This document shows, piece after piece, positions 47,917 to 57,177 of a stretch of 64,000 bases of DNA. Numbering within the stretch: position 1 is the stretch's first letter; each line of letters starts with the position of its first letter. Made by a program: the position numbers and the translations under genes. Origin of the DNA: a virus (lineage: Duplodnaviria > Caudoviricetes); the IMG/VR virus record IMGVR_UViG_3300042908_001106, positions 11,494-75,493 of that record. One strand, 5' to 3'. The notes below the pieces were generated by a model. It was not told the origin of the DNA. It did no database searches and saw nothing but the letters and a program-made list of their open reading frames with translations.

Positions 47917-49232
47917 TGGAAACAATAATCATGCAAAATGTTGAGGCAGAACAAGCCGTTTTGGGAGCGATTCTCTTAGACCCCGAAGCTATGGGGCGAG
48001 TTGCGGAAACGCTAACTGCTAAATCCTTTTCGCTGCGATCGCATCAAACAATCTACAAAGCAGCTTTAGCATTACATTCCGAGGGAATAACCACGGATTT
48101 AATGACCGTCACTACCTGGTTATCCGATCAGAAATTACTTGAAAAAGCCGGGGGACAATTAGGATTAACCCAATTATTAGACCGCACAGTTTCAGCAGTT
48201 AACATTGATCAATACGGGCTGTTAATTGCCGATAAGCAAACTCGAAGAAACCTAATTGAATCTGCCCATAAAATTATTGAATTGGCAGAAGATACCAGTC
48301 AACCTTTAGAGACAATTCTCCAAAAGTCAGAGGAACAAATTGCCAATATTTCCCAATCAAAATCACAACAGGATTTAGTTTCGATTGGTGAAACTTTAAT
48401 TGATACCTTTCAAGAAATTGAAGACCGGAGCGAAAGCAAGATTCCCCCCGGCGTTCCCTCTGGATTTTATGACCTCGATGCTATGACTGGAGGATTCCAA
48501 CACACCGACTTAATTATTGTGGCAGGAAGACCTGCAATGGGCAAATCGAGTTTGGCTTTAAATTTTGGATATAACATTGCCAAAAAAGGGCTACCCGTTG
48601 CAGTGTTTAGTTTGGAGATGTCCAAAGATCAATTAGTCCAAAGACTATTATCTAGTGAAGCCAAAATCGAAAGTAACCGCATCCGTTCGGGAAATATCCA
48701 ACAAGAGGAATGGGAGCCGCTAACAGAAGCAATTAGCAAGTTAGCAGAATTACCGATTTTTATTGACGACACATCGAACCCCACCGTTTCAAAAATCAAG
48801 AAAGAATCTCAAAAACTGAAAGCCGATAATGATGGAAAACTGGGATTAATCCTAATAGATTATCTGCAATTAATGGACGGAGGAAGTGATAATCGGGTGC
48901 AAGAATTGTCAAGAATTACACGGGGATTAAAGGGAATGGCAAAAGATTTAAACGTTCCTGTAGTTGTCCTGTCTCAGTTGAGTCGTAGCGTCGAACAGCG
49001 CACCAATAAACGCCCAATGCTTTCAGACTTGAGAGAATCGGGCTCAATTGAACAAGACGCGGACTTAGTAATGATGATCTATCGAGATGATTATTATAAT
49101 CCCAACACTTCGGACGCGGGAATAGCTGAATTAATTTTAGCTAAACATCGCAACGGCCCCACCGGAACAGTTAAGTTATTATTCGATTCTCAATTTACCC
49201 AATTTAAAAATTTAGTACGGGGGATGAACTAA
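47916..49232 (+). CDS. dnaB: Replicative DNA helicase
   Basis: EAEQAVLGAILL, AGRPAMGKS, IDYLQL, LSQLSR, DLRESGSIEQDAD, KHRNGPTG. Confidence 0.97.
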   Translation: METIIMQNVEAEQAVLGAILLDPEAMGRVAETLTAKSFSLRSHQTIYKAALALHSEGITTDLMTVTTWLSDQKLLEKAGGQLGLTQLLDRTVSAVNIDQYGLLIADKQTRRNLIESAHKIIELAEDTSQPLETILQKSEEQIANISQSKSQQDLVSIGETLIDTFQEIEDRSESKIPPGVPSGFYDLDAMTGGFQHTDLIIVAGRPAMGKSSLALNFGYNIAKKGLPVAVFSLEMSKDQLVQRLLSSEAKIESNRIRSGNIQQEEWEPLTEAISKLAELPIFIDDTSNPTVSKIKKESQKLKADNDGKLGLILIDYLQLMDGGSDNRVQELSRITRGLKGMAKDLNVPVVVLSQLSRSVEQRTNKRPMLSDLRESGSIEQDADLVMMIYRDDYYNPNTSDAGIAELILAKHRNGPTGTVKLLFDSQFTQFKNLVRGMN

Positions 49233-49661
49233 ATGGATAGACTTGGTTGGGAAGACTTAGGAAGTATTATCAATTGGTTTTACGAACAACAGAGACAAGG
49301 TAAAACTTCCTTTAAAGTTCAAGAAATGCGCGATAAGTTTAACCTGAATATCGCAAACGCAAATACCAGAATAAAACGGTTTCTTAAGTTTGGAATCATT
49401 AAACCACTAACTTATGGCAGATACGAAATCGAACCACTGTCAGAAGAAAGAATCCAGGAGATTAAAGACAAAATCATCCCCCCTAATCCCATTTTTAAAA
49501 CCTATTATTTCAGGGGAAGACAACATACCGTCGAATGGATTTACAAAAACCAAAACCCCCCGATGACCCTCCAATATTTTGCTCAAAGACTTCAACGGGG
49601 TTGGTCACTAAAGAAAGCTCTAGAAACACCGACCCGAAAATACAAAAAAGAGGTTAATTAA
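49233..49661 (+). CDS. Hypothetical DNA-binding protein
   Basis: wHTH-like N-terminus; RLQRGWSLKKALETP. Confidence 0.55.
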   Translation: MDRLGWEDLGSIINWFYEQQRQGKTSFKVQEMRDKFNLNIANANTRIKRFLKFGIIKPLTYGRYEIEPLSEERIQEIKDKIIPPNPIFKTYYFRGRQHTVEWIYKNQNPPMTLQYFAQRLQRGWSLKKALETPTRKYKKEVN

Positions 49662-49665
49662 CGCC

Positions 49666-50244
49666 ATGACCGCAGCAACCAAGAAGATATTTGAAAGACT
49701 TTTAAAAGTCGGTGACTGGGTAGAGATTGACCCCCACAAACACCGCCCAAACTATTTAATTAAGGGAACAGCTTGGCGGGTTGAGGGATTTAATTCAATA
49801 AAACAAACCTGTCAAATAACTAACGAAAAAACAGGGAATTTACATAGATCGGAAACCCTAGATTTTGAGGAAGTTTCCGATTCATCCCCCTTCAAAAAAA
49901 CCGACATTGCCCAACTTAAAAGCGACCCTCGATATATTGGGCGGATTGTTAATTGTCGAAGAAATAAAATAACAATTGAATGGGCATGGGGTGGAGTCCG
50001 AGAATCCCTAGACTCGGACAAAATAAAGTTATTTGTTCGGATGGTCATGGGGGAACAAATATTGTTGGGTGATTATGCTTTTAAAGAAGGCGATCGCGTT
50101 CACACCAGTGATAAGAATTTTGGCAATGTGATTCTAACTGTTCGGGAGTGTTTACCATCTGGAATGGTTGAATTAATGGCTTCAAACAATCCCAGTTTAA
50201 TCCTCCCCGGCTGTGGCTTAACAATTGTTGAGGAGGATTTCTAA
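49666..50244 (+). CDS. Hypothetical protein with repeated KOW/SH3-like units
   Basis: LKVGDWV, FKKTDIA and FKEGDRV repeats. Confidence 0.55.
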   Translation: MTAATKKIFERLLKVGDWVEIDPHKHRPNYLIKGTAWRVEGFNSIKQTCQITNEKTGNLHRSETLDFEEVSDSSPFKKTDIAQLKSDPRYIGRIVNCRRNKITIEWAWGGVRESLDSDKIKLFVRMVMGEQILLGDYAFKEGDRVHTSDKNFGNVILTVRECLPSGMVELMASNNPSLILPGCGLTIVEEDF

Positions 50245-51278
50245 TGCTAACATTTGCAACATTATTTACAGGCGGTGGTGGCGCAGATTTAGGCCTAGAG
50301 TCAGCAGGATTTAAGTCTATCTGGGGAGTTGAGCGAGATCCTAAAATTGCTAAAGTTGCCCAAGTAAATCTCCCTAATACTAAAATATTTAATTCTTGCG
50401 TCGGTGAAATTCGCACTTATCTCATGGAACGGGTTGATTTGCTTTGGATGAGTCCCCCATGTCAGCAATATTCAATGGCGCGGCGTGGTGATATTCCCGA
50501 TCACAAAGACAAAGATGCGGGGTTGTATTGTCGGGACTATATAGCTACATTAAACCCTCGATGGGTGGTTCTTGAGAATGTACCAGGATATGCTAAGTCG
50601 CCGACATTTGAGGCGATATTGCGATCGCTGATTGATTGTGGATATCGCTACCATTGGTTGATTCTTGACGCGGCGGATTATGGGGTTCCGCAAAGCCGGA
50701 AACGATTAATCATGTGGGCAGTCAAAAACTCAGAACCCCTCCCATATTTTCCCGAATCAAAGCCTAGAAAGGGATGGTATCAAGCTATTAGTGATTTAAT
50801 CCCTGAGATGAATGATTGTGAGCTTGCAGACTGGCAGATTAAGCGACTGAATGAACTGGGTTGTTTACCAGAAAAAGCCTTGATTGATATTGGGAAACAA
50901 CTCATTAGACAGGCTACAGTTCGGGAGTCAAACGATCCAAGTTTTACTATTGTGGGGGGTCACGTCAATTCGCACTCACCCATCCTGTTAATCCCCCGAG
51001 CGGGAGCCTGCATCAAGAATATTCTCCCGACTCCGCAGAACAAACCCTGCCCAACAATTCGAGCTATGGCATCGGGGCGGCATACCCACTGGGCGGACAT
51101 CATGGAGGGAAGTCAAGTTAAACGAATTAGTCAGAAAGCGACGGCACGGCTTCAGACTTTCCCTGATGATTACAAACTCCCAGAAGCCAAATCTTTAAGC
51201 CAACAAATAATCGGGAATGCAGTGCCGCCGTTGTTGGCTAAAGAATTAGGTCTGGCAATCTTAAAATCAATTAACTAA
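50244..51278 (+). CDS. C5-cytosine DNA methyltransferase (canonical)
   Basis: LFTGGGG, SPPCQ, ENV, Q.RKR, motif X GNAVPP. Confidence 0.9.
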   Translation: MLTFATLFTGGGGADLGLESAGFKSIWGVERDPKIAKVAQVNLPNTKIFNSCVGEIRTYLMERVDLLWMSPPCQQYSMARRGDIPDHKDKDAGLYCRDYIATLNPRWVVLENVPGYAKSPTFEAILRSLIDCGYRYHWLILDAADYGVPQSRKRLIMWAVKNSEPLPYFPESKPRKGWYQAISDLIPEMNDCELADWQIKRLNELGCLPEKALIDIGKQLIRQATVRESNDPSFTIVGGHVNSHSPILLIPRAGACIKNILPTPQNKPCPTIRAMASGRHTHWADIMEGSQVKRISQKATARLQTFPDDYKLPEAKSLSQQIIGNAVPPLLAKELGLAILKSIN

Positions 51279-51280
51279 CC

Positions 51281-51724
51281 ATGAAAACATTAACTAAAGC
51301 CAAAACCAAACCCGCTAAAAAAGGATTTCAACCCGCCCAAAAAATTCATGCCAACGACCTCCACACATTCTCTTGTGAATGTCTCTGGTACGATGCTGCC
51401 ACCGACGAGGAACTATTGACCGAATTGTGGACAGTCAAACTCGATAAACGGCGATTTAGAACGGATGTCCGGCAAGCCATTGTTACGGGGTTGATCTATT
51501 GTTTCCTGGAAACCCCAGAAGCAGTAGAGCGACATATTAACCGAGTATTTTTTTGGAATAATAAATCAAGGGCTTATGAGCCATTGGGGGCGGTGTCAGA
51601 CTTGCCGATGGACGGATCTAGTCCGGTTGATTTTGAAGCCGATCCGGTGGTGGCTTATGAGCGATTAAAAGCCCTTTGTGTCGAGATCGAAGTTATCAAG
51701 GTTGACGATTGCTTTTGCTCTTGA
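51281..51724 (+). CDS. Hypothetical protein
   Basis: Coupled ORF, 147 aa. Confidence 0.55.
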   Translation: MKTLTKAKTKPAKKGFQPAQKIHANDLHTFSCECLWYDAATDEELLTELWTVKLDKRRFRTDVRQAIVTGLIYCFLETPEAVERHINRVFFWNNKSRAYEPLGAVSDLPMDGSSPVDFEADPVVAYERLKALCVEIEVIKVDDCFCS

Positions 51725-51753
51725 CTAATTTGATACTCAAGATGGAGTGATCG

Positions 51754-51909
51754 TCACCCTCCATTATTAATCCAATATCTGACCAATTCCGAGAGGGATA
51801 GACTTCTTGAGGATGCGATCGCCTCTAGCCTTTCCCTCTCAATCTCTGAAAGCATTACCAGAATAGCCTTTTGGCGTTTCTCGGCTTTTTTCCATTTACC
51901 CCTTGACAT
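51754..51909 (-). CDS. CopG/RHH regulator
   Basis: ILVMLSEIERERLEAIA....LSLSELVR; ATG at 51909. Confidence 0.6.
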   Translation of the reverse strand: MSRGKWKKAEKRQKAILVMLSEIERERLEAIASSRSLSLSELVRYWINNGG

Positions 51910-51976
51910 ATTTTTAAATTTTATATATGATTTAAGAATAACAAATTTATAGGGTCGCCACCAAATCGGGCTGAAT

Positions 51977-52678
51977 ATGAAAAACTCCACAACCACTGCC
52001 GCTCAACTTTCTAAAAGAATCGCTCAACTAAATAGCTTGATTAGCAAGTTCCCCCGCGTCCGAAGCCTAATTCGGAAGTGGGCTTTTGAATTGACTGTTT
52101 TAGAGGGGCGGTTAGAAGCCCTGAAAGCGGTGGCGGTTGTGGAGACACCGAGGCAATTAACAATTTGGGATATGCCAGGACAAAAAATTGACTGGTTTTT
52201 TCCTCCCCTTGTGGGGTCGGAAAAGCAAATTCAGTGGGCGGATAAACTCCGCCGTGATTTTGCTAAATATTATTCATCTCTGGGTGGCGAACCTGGAGAG
52301 GGCGAAATCAAAATCAAGAAAGCGGTAGGGATTGCAGTTTCAGCTAAATTCTGGATCGAAAACCGGGACTACTGTGAGCAAATATCCTGGGAAAATATGA
52401 CCCAGGTTTTGAAGAAATTGGCTGCCTTGGTTGGGATTTGCCAACCTTGGTATAACGACTTGGATCAATCAGAATTTGAGGAAATTCTAAAAGCTAAAAA
52501 ATCAATTCTCAGAAACCTGAGAATTGACAAAGCAGGCATTGTTGCCTGTTGCAATCAGCAGAGTCAAAACAGGGCCGTAGAAATGCGGCCAGAAATTGAG
52601 AGACAAGAAAAAATCCGTGCAAAAGCGGAGGAAAGAATTTTTCGGGAATGGGAACTTAATCAAAGATCCCCGATTTAA
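51977..52678 (+). CDS. Hypothetical phage protein
   Basis: LVGSEKQIQWA..LR and AKFWIENR motifs; TTGACA promoter at 51903. Confidence 0.6.
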   Translation: MKNSTTTAAQLSKRIAQLNSLISKFPRVRSLIRKWAFELTVLEGRLEALKAVAVVETPRQLTIWDMPGQKIDWFFPPLVGSEKQIQWADKLRRDFAKYYSSLGGEPGEGEIKIKKAVGIAVSAKFWIENRDYCEQISWENMTQVLKKLAALVGICQPWYNDLDQSEFEEILKAKKSILRNLRIDKAGIVACCNQQSQNRAVEMRPEIERQEKIRAKAEERIFREWELNQRSPI

Positions 52679-52724
52679 TTTATGGGCTGGGTGCGATGCC
52701 TTAAATCCGCGCAAAAATTAACGA

Positions 52725-53030
52725 TTGGCGAGATGTCTAATGAATAAAAAATTAGTTGATTTGATCAAAATTTTACCTAGCCCCAAGGCTGCTTGGTTGG
52801 CTTTAGAAATGGGATTGCTAAATGATTCGGATGATAAATTTATTTTAGGGGGCGCGATATTAGAAACCGTCCCCGAAAACAAGCGAGGCAATCCTAAAAT
52901 CATTTCTGCGATATATGAAATCGCAGAGATAGCCTTAGAGCGTTATCAAAGCATTTACAAAGGATTGCCCTCAGAATGGAACAATCATCGCCTACAAGTC
53001 AGAAAGTCAGTTTTTGGATGGTTATTATGA
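52725..53030 (+). CDS. Hypothetical protein
   Basis: ORF in the + run; start uncertain. Confidence 0.45.
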   Translation: MARCLMNKKLVDLIKILPSPKAAWLALEMGLLNDSDDKFILGGAILETVPENKRGNPKIISAIYEIAEIALERYQSIYKGLPSEWNNHRLQVRKSVFGWLL

Positions 53031-53311
53031 CTCAAAAACTTTTACACGCCCGTTACTGGAAGGCGGACGGTACCGGAGAAAACCGAACCTCCTACGACCC
53101 CCACGGATTCGGGTTAAAAACCCTAGAAACTATGGATGCCCTGATCAATGGCTTAGGCTTAAAACAAGTTGAGGGAGTGTCTTTGAATGGGGCTCTTGTC
53201 AATCATCACAAAGCCAAGCTCGCAGATATTGGGCATCAGGTTCATGTCGCGGCAACCGCCGAACAGTGGGAAGCTGCGAAAAAATATTGGGAATCAGGAG
53301 CTTTTGATTGA
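53027..53311 (+). CDS. Hypothetical protein
   Basis: ATGA-coupled start MTQKLL. Confidence 0.5.
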   Translation: MTQKLLHARYWKADGTGENRTSYDPHGFGLKTLETMDALINGLGLKQVEGVSLNGALVNHHKAKLADIGHQVHVAATAEQWEAAKKYWESGAFD

Positions 53312-53386
53312 TCAATAATTGAGATCCCAACAACTAAAAACCCCAAAAACCCCACGATATAAGGGTTTAACTATATCAAGAATACC

Positions 53387-53428
53387 TTGGGGTGGTAGGG
53401 GTCGCAGGTTCAAATCCTGTCGCTCCGA
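53387..53428 (+). other. attP core: 3' half of tRNA-Pro(GGG)
   Basis: TTGGGGT anticodon loop through GGTTCAAATCC T-arm to CTCCGA; no 5' half; about 120 bp upstream of the integrase. Confidence 0.85.
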
Positions 53429-53435
53429 TAGACGC

Positions 53436-53468
53436 AAAAGCCAGATTCTATAAAGGGTCTGGCTTTTT
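53436..53468 (+). terminator. Terminator after the tRNA fragment
   Basis: AAAAGCCAGA...TCTGGCTTTT. Confidence 0.75.
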
Positions 53469-53493
53469 CCCGTCTGATGGTTGATAATCTTCT

Positions 53494-53530
53494 ATTAGAC
53501 AAGATTAGACAAAATTAGACAAGATTAGAC
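53494..53530. repeat. Four tandem 10-bp repeats, putative integrase arm-type sites
   Basis: ATTAGAC(AAG) four times between attP core and integrase. Confidence 0.7.
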
Positions 53531-53549
53531 TGATTATTGATCATCAATT

Positions 53550-54686
53550 GTGACTCAGAAGAAAGCACCCAAAGGAAGCGTACAGGTCAAAACTACCATC
53601 AGTTCTGCGGGGGTGGGGTGGCTCCGGTTGGTTTGGTCGTATCAGGGCAAAAGATATTTTTTGAGCTTAGGATTGGAGGATAATCCCCTAAATCAGATGG
53701 TGGCACAACGGTTGGCTTTACAAATTCAAGGGGACTGCGCCACGGGAAACTTCGATAGCTCCTTGATTAAATACAAACCGCAATTAGCCCGACAATTGAA
53801 ACCCGTCACGGTTTCAGTTGTCGGGCTAATTGAGCAATATTTAATTTTCAAACAGCAACAAATTGAATCAGAAACGCTTTATAAATACAATCATTTCTTG
53901 CCCAGGATTAAACAATATTTTGGTAATGATAGCCTGACTGAAAAATCCGCTTTTGGCTTTCGTGATTGGCTGCTACAACACAACGAACCCGCCACAGTTA
54001 GGGAAAGAATTGTATTCTTAAATGCTGTTTACGAGTGGGGGATTAAGCGTCAATTAGTCGAGAATAATCCCTGGACTGAAGTATCGGTCAAGGTTCCGCC
54101 AAAACGACGGTTAAAGCCATTTTCAATTGAGGAAATAAAACGGATTTTAGAAGGGTTTGCAACGGATCAATATTATTCCCATTATCTCCCTTATGTTGAG
54201 TTTTTACTGGGTACAGGTTGCCGCCCGGGTGAAGCAAACGGGCTCCAGTGGAAACATTTCTCAGAAGATTGTGGAGAGGTTCTAATAGCCTGTAAATTAA
54301 CGGTATCCGGTGAGCGGAAATCGACTAAAACTAATCGCGATCGCTTAATCCCCCTACCCTCACGCCTTCAAAATATTCTCAAAGCAATCCGTCCGATTGA
54401 CCCCGACCCTGAAGCTCCGGTTTTTGTCTCCTTGACTGGATTGCCAATTGATTCCCACAACTTCAGGAATCGGGCTTGGAAACAGGTTTTAGCTAAGGTT
54501 GGTGTGGAATATAGAAAGCCCGGAAACTGCCGTCATACTCTGATTTCTCATGGGTTATCGCAAGGGAAAAGCCCTGCTGAAATGGCAGAACTCGCAGGGA
54601 ATAGAATTGAGACTATTTACAATAATTATGCTGGGAGCGTGATTCATCGGCCCTCACTACCTGAATTATTCCCAGATGACGAATAA
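53550..54686 (+). CDS. int: Tyrosine recombinase/integrase with arm-binding N-terminus
   Basis: TGCRPGE (R), KT (K), CRHT, NNY (Tyr); N-terminal arm-binding domain. Confidence 0.9.
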   Translation: MTQKKAPKGSVQVKTTISSAGVGWLRLVWSYQGKRYFLSLGLEDNPLNQMVAQRLALQIQGDCATGNFDSSLIKYKPQLARQLKPVTVSVVGLIEQYLIFKQQQIESETLYKYNHFLPRIKQYFGNDSLTEKSAFGFRDWLLQHNEPATVRERIVFLNAVYEWGIKRQLVENNPWTEVSVKVPPKRRLKPFSIEEIKRILEGFATDQYYSHYLPYVEFLLGTGCRPGEANGLQWKHFSEDCGEVLIACKLTVSGERKSTKTNRDRLIPLPSRLQNILKAIRPIDPDPEAPVFVSLTGLPIDSHNFRNRAWKQVLAKVGVEYRKPGNCRHTLISHGLSQGKSPAEMAELAGNRIETIYNNYAGSVIHRPSLPELFPDDE

Positions 54687-54736
54687 ATTCCATAATCTGT
54701 TATAAACTGGGGAATAGTTATATAGGATATTTTTTT

Positions 54737-54925
54737 ATGAGACCCCACGAACACAGGCAAGAAATCAAAGCCAGACTCAAGCCAGAAGATAGAGAAAGGC
54801 TTAAAACCCTAGTTGTAGGCATGGGCTATCGGTACTGGAGACAGGAATCTCCAGAACCCGCATGGACAGAGTTTTTGGAGGCGATCGCAACGGGCGATAT
54901 AATTCTTTACAAAAAAGTTGAATAA
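54737..54925 (+). CDS. Small RHH-like protein
   Basis: IKARLKPEDRERLK pattern. Confidence 0.5.
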   Translation: MRPHEHRQEIKARLKPEDRERLKTLVVGMGYRYWRQESPEPAWTEFLEAIATGDIILYKKVE

Positions 54926-54998
54926 GGAGGTTGACATTTTTAGATAACTGGGGTACAACTATAAGTGTAGAAGGTTATAAGCCTAGGAGACAGTTTAA

Positions 54999-55229
54999 AT
55001 GTCAATTGAAACGAATCAAGTCTTAAAGTTAAAATTCGGGTGTTTACTTGGGGATAGAGTTAAATTATCCCCAAGTGATACCAAATGGGGAACGGGGATT
55101 GTAAATGGGTACATTCCCCCTTGTGAGGAGGACGAGCGAGATTATGTTTCAATCGATTTTGAAGACATGGAAAGCCACGATCATCAAGAGAATTTATGGC
55201 TTGTATCGGGAGAATTTACTCTGATTTAG
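54999..55229 (+). CDS. Small acidic protein
   Basis: TTGACA at 54931; AGGAG RBS. Confidence 0.55.
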   Translation: MSIETNQVLKLKFGCLLGDRVKLSPSDTKWGTGIVNGYIPPCEEDERDYVSIDFEDMESHDHQENLWLVSGEFTLI

Positions 55230-55235
55230 TTATAT

Positions 55236-55272
55236 GTTTCAATCCCTGATAGGGATTATAGCTGATTTCACC
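55236..55272 (-). CRISPR. Solitary CRISPR repeat unit (no array)
   Basis: 37 nt GGTGAAATCAGCTATAATCCCTATCAGGGATTGAAAC with an AATCCCT/AGGGATT stem and ATTGAAAC end; single copy. Confidence 0.7.
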
Positions 55273-55409
55273 CCCGACTATCTGGATTTCAAGGCAAAAA
55301 CAATCGCAATGAAACAAGAGTATTTGAATGGTTTAGCAGCGTAAAAGTTAACCGAGTAAGGTTACAGCCCCTACTCGGTTGCAAGTCAATCATTTTCAAG
55401 GAGTATATC

Positions 55410-55751
55410 ATGAAAGTTAAAGTCTATTTCAATCTCCACAAAAAGATGTTTTCGGTAGTCGCGCTTGAAGGTGAAAACAAGGGGCGGGTCATAGCACACC
55501 AAACAGAGGTTAAGTTAATAGATGCACAGTTTAAGGTTTCTGAAGCCGGACGGCAACGGGTGATCCAACAAAAGCGAAAAAATGTCCATGCTTGCGTTGT
55601 AGGAACATTGACTGACACAGTGAAAAACTGTGATCAAGCCGTTACTTACAACCCCTACAAATACAACTCATTCATCCTAAAAAAGGATGAATCTCCCGTT
55701 AACACGGCTCAAAGCGTTCTGCTAATCAACAAACAAATTTTTATCAACTAA
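55410..55751 (+). CDS. Conserved phage hypothetical protein
   Basis: VYFNLHK..FSV, RQRV....RKNVHA and YNPYK motifs. Confidence 0.7.
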   Translation: MKVKVYFNLHKKMFSVVALEGENKGRVIAHQTEVKLIDAQFKVSEAGRQRVIQQKRKNVHACVVGTLTDTVKNCDQAVTYNPYKYNSFILKKDESPVNTAQSVLLINKQIFIN

Positions 55752-55767
55752 ATAGGAGAGAGTTAGT

Positions 55768-56106
55768 ATGTGGCTAGAACACTTAAAACCCGGTGACAAG
55801 GTACTTGTAAGAAGTCGCTACTTTTCACAAGATCAAATTGAAACAGTTAAATCATGTGGGAAAAAGTTTATTTCCCTGGAAGGATGGGAAGATAAAACAC
55901 GGTTTCATGTTGCCAATGGGTGCGGTGTCAAAAGAGAATACCCAAACTCTTATCAGCTATTCCCTGCAACCAAGGAAACTCTTGAAGAAATTGAAAACCA
56001 GAAAACTAAAATACAATTGGCGAGAAAACTTGAAGCCACTGATTTTAGAAAGCTACCTTTAGGCGTTTTAAAACAAATAGCTGAAGTTATAGATGGTGTT
56101 GATTAG
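55768..56106 (+). CDS. Hypothetical protein
   Basis: AGGAG RBS; LKPGDKV. Confidence 0.6.
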   Translation: MWLEHLKPGDKVLVRSRYFSQDQIETVKSCGKKFISLEGWEDKTRFHVANGCGVKREYPNSYQLFPATKETLEEIENQKTKIQLARKLEATDFRKLPLGVLKQIAEVIDGVD

Positions 56107-56123
56107 TTTAAGCCGAGATTATT

Positions 56124-56156
56124 AAAAACCAGGGAATATTTAACCCCTGGTTTTTT
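56124..56156. terminator. Bidirectional terminator
   Basis: AAAAACCAGGG...CCCTGGTTTTT. Confidence 0.7.
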
Positions 56157-56190
56157 CTGTCCAAATTTTAATCAGTACATTCTCATCCTA

Positions 56191-56790
56191 TCACCCAGCC
56201 ACAGGGACAGGAATAATCCCCATCAGAATGCCAGATATTTCCTGAGTTATTTGCGTAGTTGTTCGCTTAGCGTCAATCACAATCCAGTTATTTTGCCTAG
56301 CCGCCAATTCCAGATATCCAAACCGAACCCGATCTAAAAAAAGCAAGTCTCTTTCAATCTTGTCCAGAGGTTTGTCGAGATCGCGGCGCACCGCCACCTC
56401 AACAGGACAATCAAACAAAATCACCATATCAGGATCAATTCCCCCCGTCGCCTCGTGATTTAGCTTCCTTAAATTATCTAAATTAAGTCCGTGTCCATAG
56501 CCTTGATAGGCAAGCGTTGAATCCGTGTATCGATCACACAATACCAAATCAGAATCTTCTAACAAATATTTAATCGTGGGATTGTGTTTAATCCTGTCCT
56601 TCAGGATTAATTTAAGCTGCTGCTCCGGCGTTAAACACCCATTCTTTAATTCAAAACGAACGTCATAATCACAGGGTTCTCTTGTGATGTAAAATTTTAA
56701 CTTTAACGCCGTGAAATGGTCGCAAAGTTTTCTGATTTGGGTTGTTTTCCCACTGCGGTCAATTCCTTCAAAAGCAATCAATTTACTCAT
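56191..56790 (-). CDS. tmk: Thymidylate kinase
   Basis: FEGIDRSGKTTQ, TREP, CDRYTDSTLAYQG; ATG at 56790. Confidence 0.92.
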   Translation of the reverse strand: MSKLIAFEGIDRSGKTTQIRKLCDHFTALKLKFYITREPCDYDVRFELKNGCLTPEQQLKLILKDRIKHNPTIKYLLEDSDLVLCDRYTDSTLAYQGYGHGLNLDNLRKLNHEATGGIDPDMVILFDCPVEVAVRRDLDKPLDKIERDLLFLDRVRFGYLELAARQNNWIVIDAKRTTTQITQEISGILMGIIPVPVAG

Positions 56791-56951
56791 TTCATCCTCA
56801 TCCAATTTTTAATCAAATCATCTTTAATCATACTCTGTTTTACTAATTCAATAATATGCTCCTTAGCTTGTTCCAAAGTTAGATTGTCAAGATTTCGCCT
56901 GATTACTGCGAGTTGGAATTCTTGCTCGGTTGTTAGTTGTATGGGTTGCAT
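56787..56951 (-). CDS. nblA: Phycobilisome degradation protein NblA homologue (54 aa, not in ORF track)
   Basis: MQPIQLTTEQEFQL...LTLEQAKEHIIELVKQSMIKD matches NblA L(S/T).EQ.F...EQA..L..L..Q.M.(K/R); AGGAG RBS; ATGA-coupled to tmk. Confidence 0.8.
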   Translation of the reverse strand: MQPIQLTTEQEFQLAVIRRNLDNLTLEQAKEHIIELVKQSMIKDDLIKNWMRMK

Positions 56952-57054
56952 TTCCTAGCTCCTTTGATTGGTTGGTTATGGACTATATTACATCTGGACA
57001 TCGCAATACTATAGAGAGTTGATTCTATATATAGATTATACCCAGAAATAGTTG

Positions 57055-57106
57055 TTTTGTATCCCCCTGATACAAAATCAAAAATAGTTTGTTTTACCTG
57101 TTGACA
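57055..57106 (+). promoter_or_regulatory. Palindromic operator plus -35 box (copy 1)
   Basis: TTTTGTATC-CCCCT-GATACAAAA...; TTGACA 14 nt after the shared block. Confidence 0.7.
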
Positions 57107-57177
57107 CCTGTTGATATTTTGTGTAGTATTGGAAAAGTAGACAGCAACAACCAACACGCATTTAAGGGGCAAACGCC

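Noticed and set aside
53387-53428. Functional tRNA-Pro gene
   Set aside because: The 5' acceptor strand and D-arm are absent, so it is interpreted as the attP core.
55236-55330. CRISPR mini-array
   Set aside because: Only one convincing repeat. The nearby GATTTCAAGG and GCAATGAAAC are too short, wrongly spaced or wrongly oriented.
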